From the NCBI GenBank assembly GCA_937625935.1, contig OW569367.1, positions 372,001 to 436,000 of the forward strand: a stretch of 64,000 nucleotides of DNA, given 5' to 3'. The stretch is from Tetramitus jugosus. Taxonomy: Eukaryota; Protista; Heterolobosea. How positions within the stretch are numbered: position 1 is the stretch's first letter; each line of letters opens with the position of its first letter. The notes under the pieces are model-generated. The model did not search any database, was not told the origin of the DNA, and was given only the letters and a program-made list of their open reading frames with translations. Of the stretch, positions 10,775-22,500 are shown piece after piece. A program made the translations under genes and the position numbers.

Positions 10775-11674
10775 TCAAGAATGGAAGTAGTCATGATCTA
10801 AGGCCTTTAGGGCTGTAATACGATGGTGTGGCTGAATTTGCAGCATTGACGTTAACAACTCAAATCCCGAATCATCGTCCACACGCGTTCTCAGCTCGTT
10901 CAAGATATCCTGGTTGTTCATTGTTCTTCTGATGCATTCCAACAGATCTCTCTGGTCTCTGACCTGGAACAGGTGACGAGACAACAACATCTCAGCGAAA
11001 ATGTATCCAACCGACCAAATATCTATTGAATAGTCATATTCTAACAATCCATAGCTATTTAGCAGTTCTGGTGCTCGATAGAGCAAGGTTTGTACTTGGG
11101 ATGACAAAGGAGTGTGAGAAAGCATCACCTCGGCACTCAAACCAAAATCAGCAACCTTGATTGACAAGCCCTCTGCGCTCATCGTGTACAAGATGTTGTC
11201 CGGTTTCAAATCTCTGTGTATAATATGCTTATTGTGCATATATGCCACGGCAAGCAGAATCTCTTTGATCACAGATTTCACCTGATACGGCGGAATGGCT
11301 TGCTGTCTGACCTCTCTCTGGTGTTTGAGAAAAAAAGACAATGAAGAACCTCCATACTCCATCACCAAGTACAGTGTATTTCCCACAGTGAATTGATCCA
11401 GCTTGTTCACAATATTTGGGTGCCTCAACTTGGCAAGAATGACAAGCTCCCTGAGAATGTTTGGCCTAATGGAATTTCTTTGAATGTCCTGTGTCTTGAT
11501 GGCCACAAATTGGTTGGATCTGTGATCATATGCCTTGTACACAACTCCATATGCACCCTGACCAAGCTTTTCAAGCACTTCATAGTACCGTTGTTCACGT
11601 AGAATTGTTTTGACAAGTGGTGTCATTTCTCTTCCATGTGATGGTTGAAGAACGGATCTATAGAAATCAGCCAT
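10775..11674 (-). CDS. Divergent CDK-like (CMGC) Ser/Thr kinase
   Basis: GQGAYGVVYKA, VAIK, RPNILRE (PSTAIRE position), HRDLKPDN, DFG, TLLYRAPE, DIWSVG. Confidence 0.9.
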   Translation of the reverse strand: MADFYRSVLQPSHGREMTPLVKTILREQRYYEVLEKLGQGAYGVVYKAYDHRSNQFVAIKTQDIQRNSIRPNILRELVILAKLRHPNIVNKLDQFTVGNTLYLVMEYGGSSLSFFLKHQREVRQQAIPPYQVKSVIKEILLAVAYMHNKHIIHRDLKPDNILYTMSAEGLSIKVADFGLSAEVMLSHTPLSSQVQTLLYRAPELLNSYGLLEYDYSIDIWSVGYIFAEMLLSRHLFQVRDQRDLLECIRRTMNNQDILNELRTRVDDDSGFELLTSMLQIQPHHRITALKALDHDYFHS

Positions 11675-12025
11675 GGTGTGTGGAAAGAGGTGGAATGGGT
11701 GTGTTGTGTGTTGTGTTGTGAAAATTGGAGAATGGGAACAAGGCTTTTTTCTTCATGAGAACTTTGCCCAAGATCCTCGATATTTTTTTTCCTGACGCCA
11801 CTCAACCTTGTAAAGTTGATCGTTTTTTTGCATTTGAATTGTCCGCGACTCCATTTCGATCTTTCTAACTTGTTGACACGATACATTCATTTCAATTTTC
11901 TGTTCTTCCTCGGAGGAGTTCTGACCAAAGAACACAATCGTCTGACGGAGAGAGAACAACAGCTTTGGGAACACAAACAAACTCAGTAAACTATCACAAC
12001 AGACGCACAACGACGCACGAGAGAC

Positions 12026-14641
12026 ATGTATGGCGTAAAAGTGTACAAGCACACGCATCAAAACGTGTTTTACAGTGTTGAGAATCACAATGAATCAACA
12101 AACAATAGCAATAACAACAACAATAATTCACCATTGTTGGAGACGTGTCATGAATTAGTGGAGCAACTTCAAGCAATCTTGAATCATGAACTGGAATGGT
12201 ACAGAAAAAATGGAATCTTACCTGTTATCACACCATTGACACCTTCGTCATCGTCATCATCATCAAACAGCAACACGAGTTCTGTTCGAGCGCAACAAAT
12301 TTTTATGGCGACGCAAGTTCGAAAATTGTTGTTGCGCGCCAACGATTTACAGTCGCAGCTCCAAAAATTGCAAACGTCCATGCTTGTCGGCAATATTTTT
12401 ACGAATCGGACAACAAATGACTCGAAGCAAACGGAAGGCCATTCAACCACGACCTACTATAGTAGCTCTAGCTCTAACTCAAGCTCAGTTGATGATTCTG
12501 TGCAAGCTACGACTACTACTACAAGTACGAGTAGTCTCTCTCAGCTAAGCTCCTCAATCACCAACAGTATAATGCCACAGTCTACACTGTCTTCTGGTGA
12601 TCCTGTCGACTTGTATCAGTTTAGCTTTGAGTGCCGTGGTGTTTTGCTCACTGTTCTCCATGTGATCAACGAGTGCTACACACTGTTTGAAACGATACAG
12701 AAGAAACGAAGAGAGGATAGCTTACAAACGGGTGCGTTTGCCTATCTAAAGAGACCATTCTCCAGTGCATCGTCATCTTTACCATTTATTGGTGCCAATT
12801 ATGAAAATAAGGTCGCAAAGAGAATACGAAAGTTGACTGTTGCGGTCACAATGATTGAAATGTGTGATATTATGCTCAAGGATCGAAGAATGAGACGCAT
12901 GTGTGATCCATTGGTTACCAAGCGAGGTTATGATTTTCCGTTTTGTGATACGTTGAGTATTGACGATTACGAACAGGTGCAACAATTGGATTCGAAAGAT
13001 TTTTTGGCTCATGCAGGATCTCAGTTCGTTCCCATGATGAAACACTTCTTTTCATTGATGGTGCGTATCACTGCATCTCACGGAGAAGCAGACAAGTGGT
13101 TCCAGAATGACGTTTTTCACAAGATGGCTTTCGTGAGTCATAATGCATATTTTCTGGTGGCTGGTGATCATGCAGCGTCCAAGTGTGTCGAATATTTTAA
13201 GGAAGTCACTCCAGAGAGAGGTTCTTCTCTGTGGAATCTGCAAGACCACATGTTCATTAAGCCAATCATGTATCTAGGACTGCCATATGTTCATGTTTCT
13301 CGTTCCTTGAATGTGCCCATGAAAATCGAAAAAATTAAGCAACCAATGTACTGTAAAATCACTGAAAAGGCGGAATCGAGTGATGAAAAGAAACCGCAAG
13401 AAGAAACAGATCAATCTCCTATTCATGTTGAAAAGGCCAGCGAAGCCATATTCGAGGGTCACGATATTACTGTAGATAATCAAATGGATGAGGACACAAA
13501 AGAGCACGTACATCTCACGGTACTGAACTCTGATGAATCACCCATTACGATCGATATAACGGAGAGCGATGAGTATTTACCTGAAGGCTCCATTACCTCG
13601 GAGCAATTCAATCATCAAACACAACTCATTCCTAATCTGTTGAAGGATCAACAATATGTGCATGATTCTGTCCAAGTCCGTATTATCCTCCCATCTGAGG
13701 AGATGGCTAAAGTTGATCTGTCACAACAGTCTCAACAGAATCAAAATGGATCAGGTGTCTCTGATTATCCATGGCTCTCATCGATAGTGAAGGTTTGCTA
13801 TGATATGAAGACCTCAATGTTCGGCAAGAGTGAGGAAATTGGTCAACCAAACGATGATCACTATGGAAGTGTAATCCTGCACATTCATGGTGGAGGCTTT
13901 GTGGCCATGTCCTCCTTCTCTCATGAGTGTTATGTTCGTTTGTGGGCCAGAAAAGCACAAATACCCATTATTAGTGTTGACTACAGGCATGCACCTGACC
14001 ATCGTTTCCCAACTCAAGTAGAAGAATGCTACAATGTATATAAGTGGGTTGTGAATCATGCTCACGAAGTTTTGTTTGGAGGTAAGCCATTGAAGCGTGT
14101 CATTGTGACAGGTGACTCTGCGGGCGGCAATTTGACTCTAGGAGTGACGATGCGAGCAATTTATGATGGTATCAGGATACCAGATGCAATTGCAGTCACG
14201 TATCCGGCAGCTTACTTGAGCCATTCTCCATCACCTGCTAGATTAATGGCTTTGGTCGATCCATTGGTGAATATGAACTTTTTGACCATGTGCGAGAGTA
14301 GTCTAAAGTACCAGGGAGATCTTCTATCAATGGAAGAACAAGGGTACAATGCATACATTTCGCCGTGTATCGCCCCTGATGAAGTGTTCAAACACTTCCC
14401 ACCAACGTACATGAATGTGGGATCTCTTGATCCCCTGCTGGACGATGCAATCTACACTGCACGGAGAATCCACAGTGCGAATGGTGGTCGCCTCAAGCTC
14501 GACGTCTATGATGGTATGGGACATGGTTATCTAAATCTAGTTGATTTTGTTCCTGAGGCAAGAGAGGCTGCTTTGAAGCTCGTTCAATGGATACTAGATA
14601 TGCTGGATGATTTCAATGCAAAAAGCCCGACCGAGGAATAA
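12026..14641 (+). CDS. Hormone-sensitive lipase family alpha/beta hydrolase
   Basis: HIHGGGF, SVDYRHAP, GDSAGGNL, DPLLDD, HGYLN. The ATG at 12028 in the adjacent frame and the exact start are uncertain. Confidence 0.88.
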   Translation: MYGVKVYKHTHQNVFYSVENHNESTNNSNNNNNNSPLLETCHELVEQLQAILNHELEWYRKNGILPVITPLTPSSSSSSSNSNTSSVRAQQIFMATQVRKLLLRANDLQSQLQKLQTSMLVGNIFTNRTTNDSKQTEGHSTTTYYSSSSSNSSSVDDSVQATTTTTSTSSLSQLSSSITNSIMPQSTLSSGDPVDLYQFSFECRGVLLTVLHVINECYTLFETIQKKRREDSLQTGAFAYLKRPFSSASSSLPFIGANYENKVAKRIRKLTVAVTMIEMCDIMLKDRRMRRMCDPLVTKRGYDFPFCDTLSIDDYEQVQQLDSKDFLAHAGSQFVPMMKHFFSLMVRITASHGEADKWFQNDVFHKMAFVSHNAYFLVAGDHAASKCVEYFKEVTPERGSSLWNLQDHMFIKPIMYLGLPYVHVSRSLNVPMKIEKIKQPMYCKITEKAESSDEKKPQEETDQSPIHVEKASEAIFEGHDITVDNQMDEDTKEHVHLTVLNSDESPITIDITESDEYLPEGSITSEQFNHQTQLIPNLLKDQQYVHDSVQVRIILPSEEMAKVDLSQQSQQNQNGSGVSDYPWLSSIVKVCYDMKTSMFGKSEEIGQPNDDHYGSVILHIHGGGFVAMSSFSHECYVRLWARKAQIPIISVDYRHAPDHRFPTQVEECYNVYKWVVNHAHEVLFGGKPLKRVIVTGDSAGGNLTLGVTMRAIYDGIRIPDAIAVTYPAAYLSHSPSPARLMALVDPLVNMNFLTMCESSLKYQGDLLSMEEQGYNAYISPCIAPDEVFKHFPPTYMNVGSLDPLLDDAIYTARRIHSANGGRLKLDVYDGMGHGYLNLVDFVPEAREAALKLVQWILDMLDDFNAKSPTEE

Positions 14642-14664
14642 ATTATTAATTTATTATCAATACT

Positions 14665-17118
14665 CTATGAGCTGTCTCCCTTCTTCCTCGCAAGATACGC
14701 CTGGTACTGTTGATAGATGAGCTGCTGTTGCAAACTTGCTTCTGTGCTAGAAAGGGGCACAGCTGTCTGTGGATGACTGCTACTTGTTGCTGGAGGGTAT
14801 TCCACGGATTGTGGTGGTGCTTGTTTAGTCTGCGCTTCCTTGGCATACTGCTCCCTTTGCTCCTTGTGAATGGGCTTTGGGTTCTTGGCTGCAATTATCT
14901 CAAACTTCTTTGGTTTCGGCTGCTCATCTGTCTTGTCTTGATTCATTACTTCCTTCTTGACGAAGCCAGTGAGAAATTGATGTTGCAGATTGCTCTTGGT
15001 ACCGCTGGTTAGACTTTGAATCGTGGCTTCTCTTCTGGATAGTTCTCGAGCAGCTGGAGGTTTATTGGCACCCGAAATAAACTGTGTCTCCTTATCTTGC
15101 TCCTTGTATCCAACTCCTGTAGTTCGCTTCATACCTACTTGTGAAAGCAAATTTGCTCCAAATGTACTACTACCCGAACTAGATGCTTCGGTGTGTTGAC
15201 GTTGAAGATTGAATCGAGGTACTTTCATTGCTAAATCCATTAAATCTTGCGGAATATTGTGCCCTGATTCCTCCAGACTCTGAACTAGTTTAGGAGCAAA
15301 CTCAACATCTACATGAGAGATTAACGTGTACGCCATGCCGTCTTTATCTCCTGCACGACCTGTACGCCCAATTCGATGCGTGTGTGAGTCAATGTCCTTT
15401 GCTACATCATAATTTACAACTGTTTTAACAGAGGGAATATCCAGTCCGCGAGAAGCCACATCCGTAGCCACTAAAATATGTATCACGCCTCGCTTGAATG
15501 CAGATATAACATCGTGTCTCTCCTCTTGCCCCTTATCTCCATGAATAGAACCCGTGATGTATCCCAACTGATTCAATCTTGTTGCTAATTGATCACAGTC
15601 CTCCTTCCGATTGACAAATATAAGCACGTTCATACATTTGGTTTTATCATCTGGGTATGGATAGAGAAAGTGTCCTATGCGTTGCGAGAGCCATCTCCAC
15701 TTGTCTGACTCGTTCGCCACAACTGATACCGATTGAGTAATATCACAATTTGCAGAGCCAATCCTTTGACCGACAGCAATTCTAACATGATCGTTCAATG
15801 TGTCTTTTGCCAACTGTTCTAATCGAGGTTCAAACGTCGCTGAAAACATTAGGAACTGTCTGTCTGGTCGAATCTGACTAATAAGGGTTCGCACTTGTTG
15901 TTCAAATCCAAAATTAAGCATCAAATCAGCTTCATCCAACACTAAATAGGTCACTTTACTCAGTGAGCAAGCCTTTAATTGCAGTAGATCAATCATACGA
16001 CCTGGTGTAGCCACAACAATGTCAGTTCCTTTCTTCAACCATTGAAACTGCTCAGTCTTTGAACCTCCTCCAACAATTGGCACTACACGAAGATTGTTGT
16101 ATATCGAATTAGTATACTTTTTAATCTCCGTATAAATCTGAATGGCCAATTCACGTGTGGGAGCCAACATGAGTGCAATGGGGCCTTCAGAACGCTTCAA
16201 TGACCTCTGTTGATGCAACACGTGCACAATCATGGGCCACACGTATGCTCCAGTCTTTCCCGATCCTGTCCTAGCAATTCCGATAACATCCCGACCCGAT
16301 AGAATACAAGGAATGGCCTGCATTTGAATCGGAGTCGGTTTTTCGAACCTCTCTTGATTCAAAATCCATTCAATCAACAAACGATCGAGACCTAGCATCT
16401 GTTTAAACTCTTGAATGGGATCAGGCACGTTCACACCACCTGCACGTATCCCCAAACTCCTTCTCAACTCCTCCGCAGAAACCACCACTTCCTTTTCTTT
16501 TGGTTGACTGCCGGTAATACTCCGACTTCCGATATGAAAATTCCGCTTGAACGGCGGATAATTCATCAAGTGATGATCCACCGGTTTCAATTGATCCAAA
16601 TCTCGCTTAAATGACAACTTTCCTTCCTCACCTTCATCTTGATCATCTCGATCATAATTGTTAGTAGTTGTCTTATTCTTTTGATCAATAGCTTTGGCAG
16701 TTGCATACACTTGTTCATCCGAATCCAAGTGATAATGATGTTTGCGTTGCGAAAGTGAGATGATTTCATCATTTTCTTCATTGTCCATACTTGTCATTAT
16801 GATTCCTCTTGCATTGTTATTGTTGTTGTTATTCTTAGCATTACGGTTGAAAGTAGTGTTATTGATGGTTGTTATTGTGGTTGTTGTTGGAGTTGATGGT
16901 GGAGGTGTTGATGTCAAGTGACTGTTGTTGTTGTTGTTGACAATGATGATTGGTTTTTTAGTAATAGTTGTTGTTGGTTTAGAGCTTGTAGTGGAAGTGT
17001 GGAACACATCATCATCGTCATCGTCGTCTTCTTCTTCTTCATCATGGCGTTGTTGAATGCGTGGAATTTTGTTGCTGCTTGATAGTGATGACGATGATAA
17101 AGTAAAGTGTCTTTTCAT
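14665..17118 (-). CDS. DDX42: DEAD-box RNA helicase, DDX42-like
   Basis: PTPIQ, ARTGSGKT, PTRELA, DEAD, SAT, RGLD, HRIGRTGRAG; DDX42-type N-terminal DSDEQVYATAKAID and LKPVDH..YPPFKRNF. Confidence 0.88.
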   Translation of the reverse strand: MKRHFTLSSSSLSSSNKIPRIQQRHDEEEEDDDDDDDVFHTSTTSSKPTTTITKKPIIIVNNNNNSHLTSTPPPSTPTTTTITTINNTTFNRNAKNNNNNNNARGIIMTSMDNEENDEIISLSQRKHHYHLDSDEQVYATAKAIDQKNKTTTNNYDRDDQDEGEEGKLSFKRDLDQLKPVDHHLMNYPPFKRNFHIGSRSITGSQPKEKEVVVSAEELRRSLGIRAGGVNVPDPIQEFKQMLGLDRLLIEWILNQERFEKPTPIQMQAIPCILSGRDVIGIARTGSGKTGAYVWPMIVHVLHQQRSLKRSEGPIALMLAPTRELAIQIYTEIKKYTNSIYNNLRVVPIVGGGSKTEQFQWLKKGTDIVVATPGRMIDLLQLKACSLSKVTYLVLDEADLMLNFGFEQQVRTLISQIRPDRQFLMFSATFEPRLEQLAKDTLNDHVRIAVGQRIGSANCDITQSVSVVANESDKWRWLSQRIGHFLYPYPDDKTKCMNVLIFVNRKEDCDQLATRLNQLGYITGSIHGDKGQEERHDVISAFKRGVIHILVATDVASRGLDIPSVKTVVNYDVAKDIDSHTHRIGRTGRAGDKDGMAYTLISHVDVEFAPKLVQSLEESGHNIPQDLMDLAMKVPRFNLQRQHTEASSSGSSTFGANLLSQVGMKRTTGVGYKEQDKETQFISGANKPPAARELSRREATIQSLTSGTKSNLQHQFLTGFVKKEVMNQDKTDEQPKPKKFEIIAAKNPKPIHKEQREQYAKEAQTKQAPPQSVEYPPATSSSHPQTAVPLSSTEASLQQQLIYQQYQAYLARKKGDSS

Positions 17119-17247
17119 GGTTGTTTTGTGTTTGTGTTGTTGTGATCTTCAGAAGAAAATAATAGGAGAGAAAATGTTCTAAAGCTAACTCGCTGTTGTG
17201 TTTTTTTTAATGTTTGTTTGTTTTGAGAAAGAGTGTAATGATGCTCT

Positions 17248-18330
17248 TTAGTTCTTGCTTCTCTTCTTTGCAGAGGAAGCAGGTGTCTTTCTTGAGGCTG
17301 CAGCAGGAGTGGAGGTCTTTGGTGTAGCTTGCTTGACTGGTGTGGTCTTCTTGACTGCATCAGCTTGCTTTTTGATTGGTGTGGTGGTGGTGGTTGTTGT
17401 TGGAGTCGATGTTTTGGTTGGTGTAGCCTTGGTTGCTGCTGCCTTTGTTGGGGTAGCTTTGGTTGCTGCTGCTGCTACTGTTGGTTGTTGAGAGCTCTTT
17501 GCAACAAGTGCATTCAAGTCAACAGAGAACTCAATACCTCTCTTGTTCCACTTTTGTTGCTTCTTGATCATTCTCTTTTCTCTGCGTTCGACAATGGAGC
17601 TCACACTGGTCACTGGAGCCTTCTTTTGAGCCTGTGCCAACTTCAACTTCATATCCAGTTTCCTGCTAGTAGGATTAGACATGGCCAATCTTCTCAGATA
17701 GGGTATGCTTGCATCCTTGAACAATTGATCGTGCTTGTGCAGAGGAATCGTTGACATTCTCACACGAATCACCTTTGTTTGAATCAAATAATGATCCAAC
17801 TCTGAACAAATCATTTGAGCAATTTCTTGATCAGTGAAACGAACAAATGCCATTCCTTGAGATTGTCCCGTCTTGGAGCTTCTCAACAAACGAACAGAAA
17901 CAACAGGTGCAATCTGTTCAAAAAATTCCTTCAATTGTTCTTCTTCCATTCCCAGTGGCATATTCGTTATCGAAACAACACAATTTTCACGAGTCATTGA
18001 TGAATAAGCATCTTCATTGTCACTGTCTCCTTCAAATGTTTGACCTAGTCCTTCTTTTTGATACTTGTTTGGAAGGGACAAGAGAGCAGAGTACATTTGA
18101 TTTTCACCAGAATTTTCTTCTCCTTCATCTTCACTTTCGTCACTCATTGCTGATTCTTGATTTGTTGTTGTTGTTGTTGTTGATGATGCGATTTGTTGTT
18201 CATTTTCTTGTGCTTTTTCCATTTGAATGTGCTCTTGCAATTGTTTCATGAGCTCAAGGGCTTGAGCCTTGGTTTTTGGGTTCTTTGCTAACCTTTCAGC
18301 TTCTTTTAATAATTGTGCGGTTGTTGACAT
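17248..18330 (-). CDS. Nucleolar RRM protein, Nop15/NIFK-like
   Basis: RRM VRLLRSSKTGQSQGMAFVRF..LDHYL, LFK, GIEFS and Lys/Thr-rich tail. Likely ATG at 18330. Confidence 0.75.
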   Translation of the reverse strand: MSTTAQLLKEAERLAKNPKTKAQALELMKQLQEHIQMEKAQENEQQIASSTTTTTTNQESAMSDESEDEGEENSGENQMYSALLSLPNKYQKEGLGQTFEGDSDNEDAYSSMTRENCVVSITNMPLGMEEEQLKEFFEQIAPVVSVRLLRSSKTGQSQGMAFVRFTDQEIAQMICSELDHYLIQTKVIRVRMSTIPLHKHDQLFKDASIPYLRRLAMSNPTSRKLDMKLKLAQAQKKAPVTSVSSIVERREKRMIKKQQKWNKRGIEFSVDLNALVAKSSQQPTVAAAATKATPTKAAATKATPTKTSTPTTTTTTTPIKKQADAVKKTTPVKQATPKTSTPAAASRKTPASSAKKRSKN

Positions 18331-18552
18331 TTTTGTTGTTTGTTGTTGTTGATGTGTTGGTTGTTGTGAATATTGACTGTGTGAGTGAAATGTTGCTGTT
18401 GTGTGTCGCAAAATTTTTTCCACAAAACATGGCACGTTCACAGTGAAATTTGAGTCTGTTCAAGATAAGCAATGAACATTCAATCTTTCTCTTTATTTTC
18501 GCGCCCCGAGAATTACTGCGCCCTGTAAATCACTTCAGAAAGCTTGCGAAAA

Positions 18553-19527
18553 ATGAGTGACACTGATCAAACACTGTTGCTCAGAGATTTTTTCACTTCA
18601 CAACTCTCTGGCAAAGACAAGTCTTTCTCACAACAAAAGACAAGCAAGCTTTCTTCACCAACCACATCATCCAACCACATCAAAAACAAGAAAAAGCTTT
18701 CACCACCAACTGAAGCTCATGCCTCTACAAGCACGAACACGAGTGATCACTTGATTTCTCTATTGATCCAAAGAGCTGCTGCGACGTCTTCATCAAAAAC
18801 TACAAGTGATCAAGCCAACAAGCATGGAACAACAATAGAAGAACGAGAATTGTTTCAAAAACAGAGACTTGCCTATGTTCGACAACTTCGTCAACAAATT
18901 TTACCAAACAACTCAAAATTTACAATGGTGAACAACACTGTTCGCTATTTTGAAGAACATTTGGCTTATTTTGTGGAGCATTCCATTGAATTTCAAAGAT
19001 TGGTTGCTCAATTAAGGACTCAACAAGAGAGAACATTGTTTCTTCATACGGTATACATGTATTATTATCCTGATGTGTTGTACGAGTTGAAAAAGTTGAA
19101 ACAGGATGAATTGTCATTGAACAATAAGAAAAAATCGAATGCAGTGAGTGAACAGGAATTGTGGAGGAGAAGATTTGTGGGTAGTGATGAAGAACGAGTG
19201 CCATCGAATCGATGTGTCAATTCTCTCATGAGAAATTATCGAAAACAATTGCAACGAGAACAAGAACAAAGCAATGGTGATGAGAAAGATGCTCGTCGTC
19301 TGACTAGGATGAAAAATAAGAGAAATGTCGAGAGAATGGTAAATGATTCTGTGAGTGCACAGCCGCAGTCAATTGATATGAACAAGGTGAAGAATGTGTA
19401 TCGATTAATTCGAGAAAAAGAAAAGGAATTGGAGAAGAATGCATTCGAATCGTTTTATAACTTGGTCTTGGAGTTGAATTCGAGTGAGGCAATCTGTCTG
19501 GAAGGCATGCTCAGTGTTCATTCTTGA
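18553..19527 (+). CDS. Hypothetical basic/coiled-coil protein
   Basis: 324-aa ORF from ATG 18553, divergent from the Nop15-like gene. Confidence 0.6.
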   Translation: MSDTDQTLLLRDFFTSQLSGKDKSFSQQKTSKLSSPTTSSNHIKNKKKLSPPTEAHASTSTNTSDHLISLLIQRAAATSSSKTTSDQANKHGTTIEERELFQKQRLAYVRQLRQQILPNNSKFTMVNNTVRYFEEHLAYFVEHSIEFQRLVAQLRTQQERTLFLHTVYMYYYPDVLYELKKLKQDELSLNNKKKSNAVSEQELWRRRFVGSDEERVPSNRCVNSLMRNYRKQLQREQEQSNGDEKDARRLTRMKNKRNVERMVNDSVSAQPQSIDMNKVKNVYRLIREKEKELEKNAFESFYNLVLELNSSEAICLEGMLSVHS

Positions 19528-19573
19528 AGAACGAATTGGAAAGAGGAATGAACAAAATGTCATTTTTATTGAT

Positions 19574-22500
19574 TTAATCATCAATTTCCATTTGATCACT
19601 TGTTGATTGAACGGATTCGCTCGATTTGTTGGCTCGAGTGTTACTTGTTGCTGTCCTCTCAGATCTTTGTTGCGTAGGCGAGGATTCAGTGGACGTCGAC
19701 TGAGATGCATCAAGAGTCGATGTTGTTTCAGTTGCCATCGAATGAGAACTGCCATCAACTTCGGGTGCACTTTCGGTGGAGGTGCTTTCAGTAGATTGTG
19801 AATCTGCACGGGAGACATCGGTTGTGGCTCTTCTTCGGCGCTTCTTTGGTGGTTCGTCTATTCTCTCATCTTCTGGTAATTGAGTACTATCCATGGCAGA
19901 CTGAGATGCCGATGTTGCTGCGTCACTCTCCGATTCTGTCGCTGTGGGAGGTGGTAGAGGATATTTCCTAGGTCTGCCTCTCTTTTTCGGTCCATTAGGT
20001 GCAGGTGGCGGTGGTTGGCTTTCAACAACTGCTGCCTTCTTTTGTGGATCAAATAAAATCTCAAATGGCTCTGAATGATTCTTGTAGATATGATACAGTC
20101 CGACATGTTGTCGTGCAAGAGTCGCTCCCTGTGGTTTGTCCTTCTTGGGCACAAGGTGTTGCAAGTGTGCTGTCAGTTCCGGAACAACTAATCTCTGCGG
20201 TTTTTGCATCGAACTGGCTGTGTACATGACTCGATACAGCGAATGTTGGAATAGAGAGTTGAACACGGATGTCAGTGTTTTGAATTGACTAGTTTCCAGA
20301 ATTTCGGGATCGAGATGTTGCAACTGATCAACTCCGAACCTCGGCTTAATTCTTCTCTGAATATCATTCATTGCCGAACTGGCTTCTGTTCTCACCTCCA
20401 ACGCTGCATTGCTGCTTGATGCACTTGCTTCAGAGTTGGCGTCAGTTGTTGTTGTCTCACTTGTGTTTTGTGAGGTTGTGGACGAAGATGACGAACTTGC
20501 TGATTGTACTTCAGTTGCAGGAGCTGGTATGCTTGCATTTTCTGCTGTTATAGTTGGCCCAGGTTGTTGCTGAGTTGATGCAGAGGCGTCCCCGGTATCC
20601 TCGAATATATTGTCGTGCAGGGCTGCTAGAGCCGATATAGTTACTCGACTGACATTCATACATGGCAATTCAACAAGATCAGGTGTCACAATGATTGGAT
20701 CAACAAACGCGAATTTTGTGTCCTTGTCGAATGCAATTTGCTTTCCTTTGTTGTGAGAGAGCTGCAACAGAGAGATTGCCTTGTTCACAAATGTTGACGG
20801 TTGAACACCAACAAGCATTTTCTTGGACTTCGTCAACTCGTGGAACTGCTTCTGTCTAAACAATTCCAATTTGAGCAGAGGCAACAACGACTTGAGAGCA
20901 GGATAGGATATGATGGAGCGAACATAGGGATGAACGGGTAATCGATAGGTGTGTCCCTTGGTTCGACGAATAGGACCACGCGTGCTTCCCTTTTTTGGAC
21001 CTCGCTTCTTCTTTCCCTTGTCATTCTGATCAGCAGTGATTTGATCTGGTTGTTGTTGTTGATCATCTTGCTCCATTTGTTCTCTTTCGAGTTCATCGTT
21101 CATTTCGTCATCCATGACGGTCATACTATCCACTTTTTCGGGTCCCTCATCAATTTCAAAGTCATCTTCCGTTAAAAGTGATCTCTCCTTTTCTCTACCG
21201 ACAAAATTTCTCACCAAGCCGTTTTGACGCTTCATGAGTGTCTTCTTGTACTCGCGCACTTCCTTCTCCGAGTTTAGTACTTTCCAACGACGCCAGCACT
21301 GATTATCAGTTCTCGGCCTACACAGCTCAGATATCTTTGACCATTTTCCTAATCCGTATTCTGCGATTGCTCTGCGTAGTCTATCATCTTCTTCTGTTGT
21401 CCACGGACCAGCATTCACCTCTGGATTCAAAATATTGCACCATCTCTCTCTGCATTGCACATCAGTTCGACCTGGAATGTGCTCATGTATCGTAATCCAC
21501 GACTTTCCATATGCATGCACGCCCATGATCAATCGCTTGTCTTCCTCCATTGTCCATCTTCCTCGCTTAATAAATGGAGACAATGTTTTCATCCATCGAT
21601 GCAAACATTGCTGTCCTGCTCTACCTTCAAGACAGTTGGCCACCTGTTGCCAATTCTTCTCTCCGTACTGTTCAACTGCAAACTTTAATGCTTCGTCCTC
21701 CTCGGCACTCCACTTGCTCTTCATCATATTTACATTGAGACTGCGCTGATAACGACGGAAACAATGAAGCGGTGTTCGATAAGTTCCATCATCTACAAAG
21801 TTTGGATTCTGCAGCTTTTTCTCGTGCAAATTTTGTGCAATTTCAATCCAATTGTGTCCCTTGTACTGCTGTGCCAACGCAAGGATCAATCGATCCTCGT
21901 CTCTCGTCCATTTATCAGCCTTCACTTTGCACGAACATGTGCTCAACCAGTATTTTTTGGCTTCTTCAGGTGTTCGATTCGGTAAAAACTCACTGCACAA
22001 ATTGGTCCAATCAATATTCAACAAATCTTCTCTGTTTGCACCATTTTCTTCAATTTCCTTGTAGATGCGCTGCAAATTCGATGCAGCATCCGGGTCTTGC
22101 TTGTACTCTGCCATCTCTAGTTGCTGATCCGTCATTTTTTCAATTTTTTGCGATTCTGTATGCAATCGAGCCACAGCATCCGCACTCGTATCATTCTGAA
22201 ATCGTGTCATCACTTTTGCCATCATTTTTTGTTGCAATTGTTGACGAACACCAGACTTCAAATTTTTGACATCAATCGGCGACCATTTCTTGTTCTTGTA
22301 CACGAGAGGCATCTTTTCTTGGTGAACCTTTTTCTGTAACGTGTCCGAATTGGGTGGTGGATACACTCCTTGTCTATCCTGAAAAAAGTATCGAATGGCA
22401 GGTCGTTTCTGCATAATGTTCATATATTTTTTGGAGTTTACAGGTTTTGCGACCCGGACTTTACCACTCGTAGAATCAATCAAATCATTCTCAGCACTCT

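Noticed and set aside
17400-17480. 30-bp tandem repeat (AAATKATPTK x2)
   Set aside because: Ordinary low-complexity coding tail, not a CRISPR or regulatory array.
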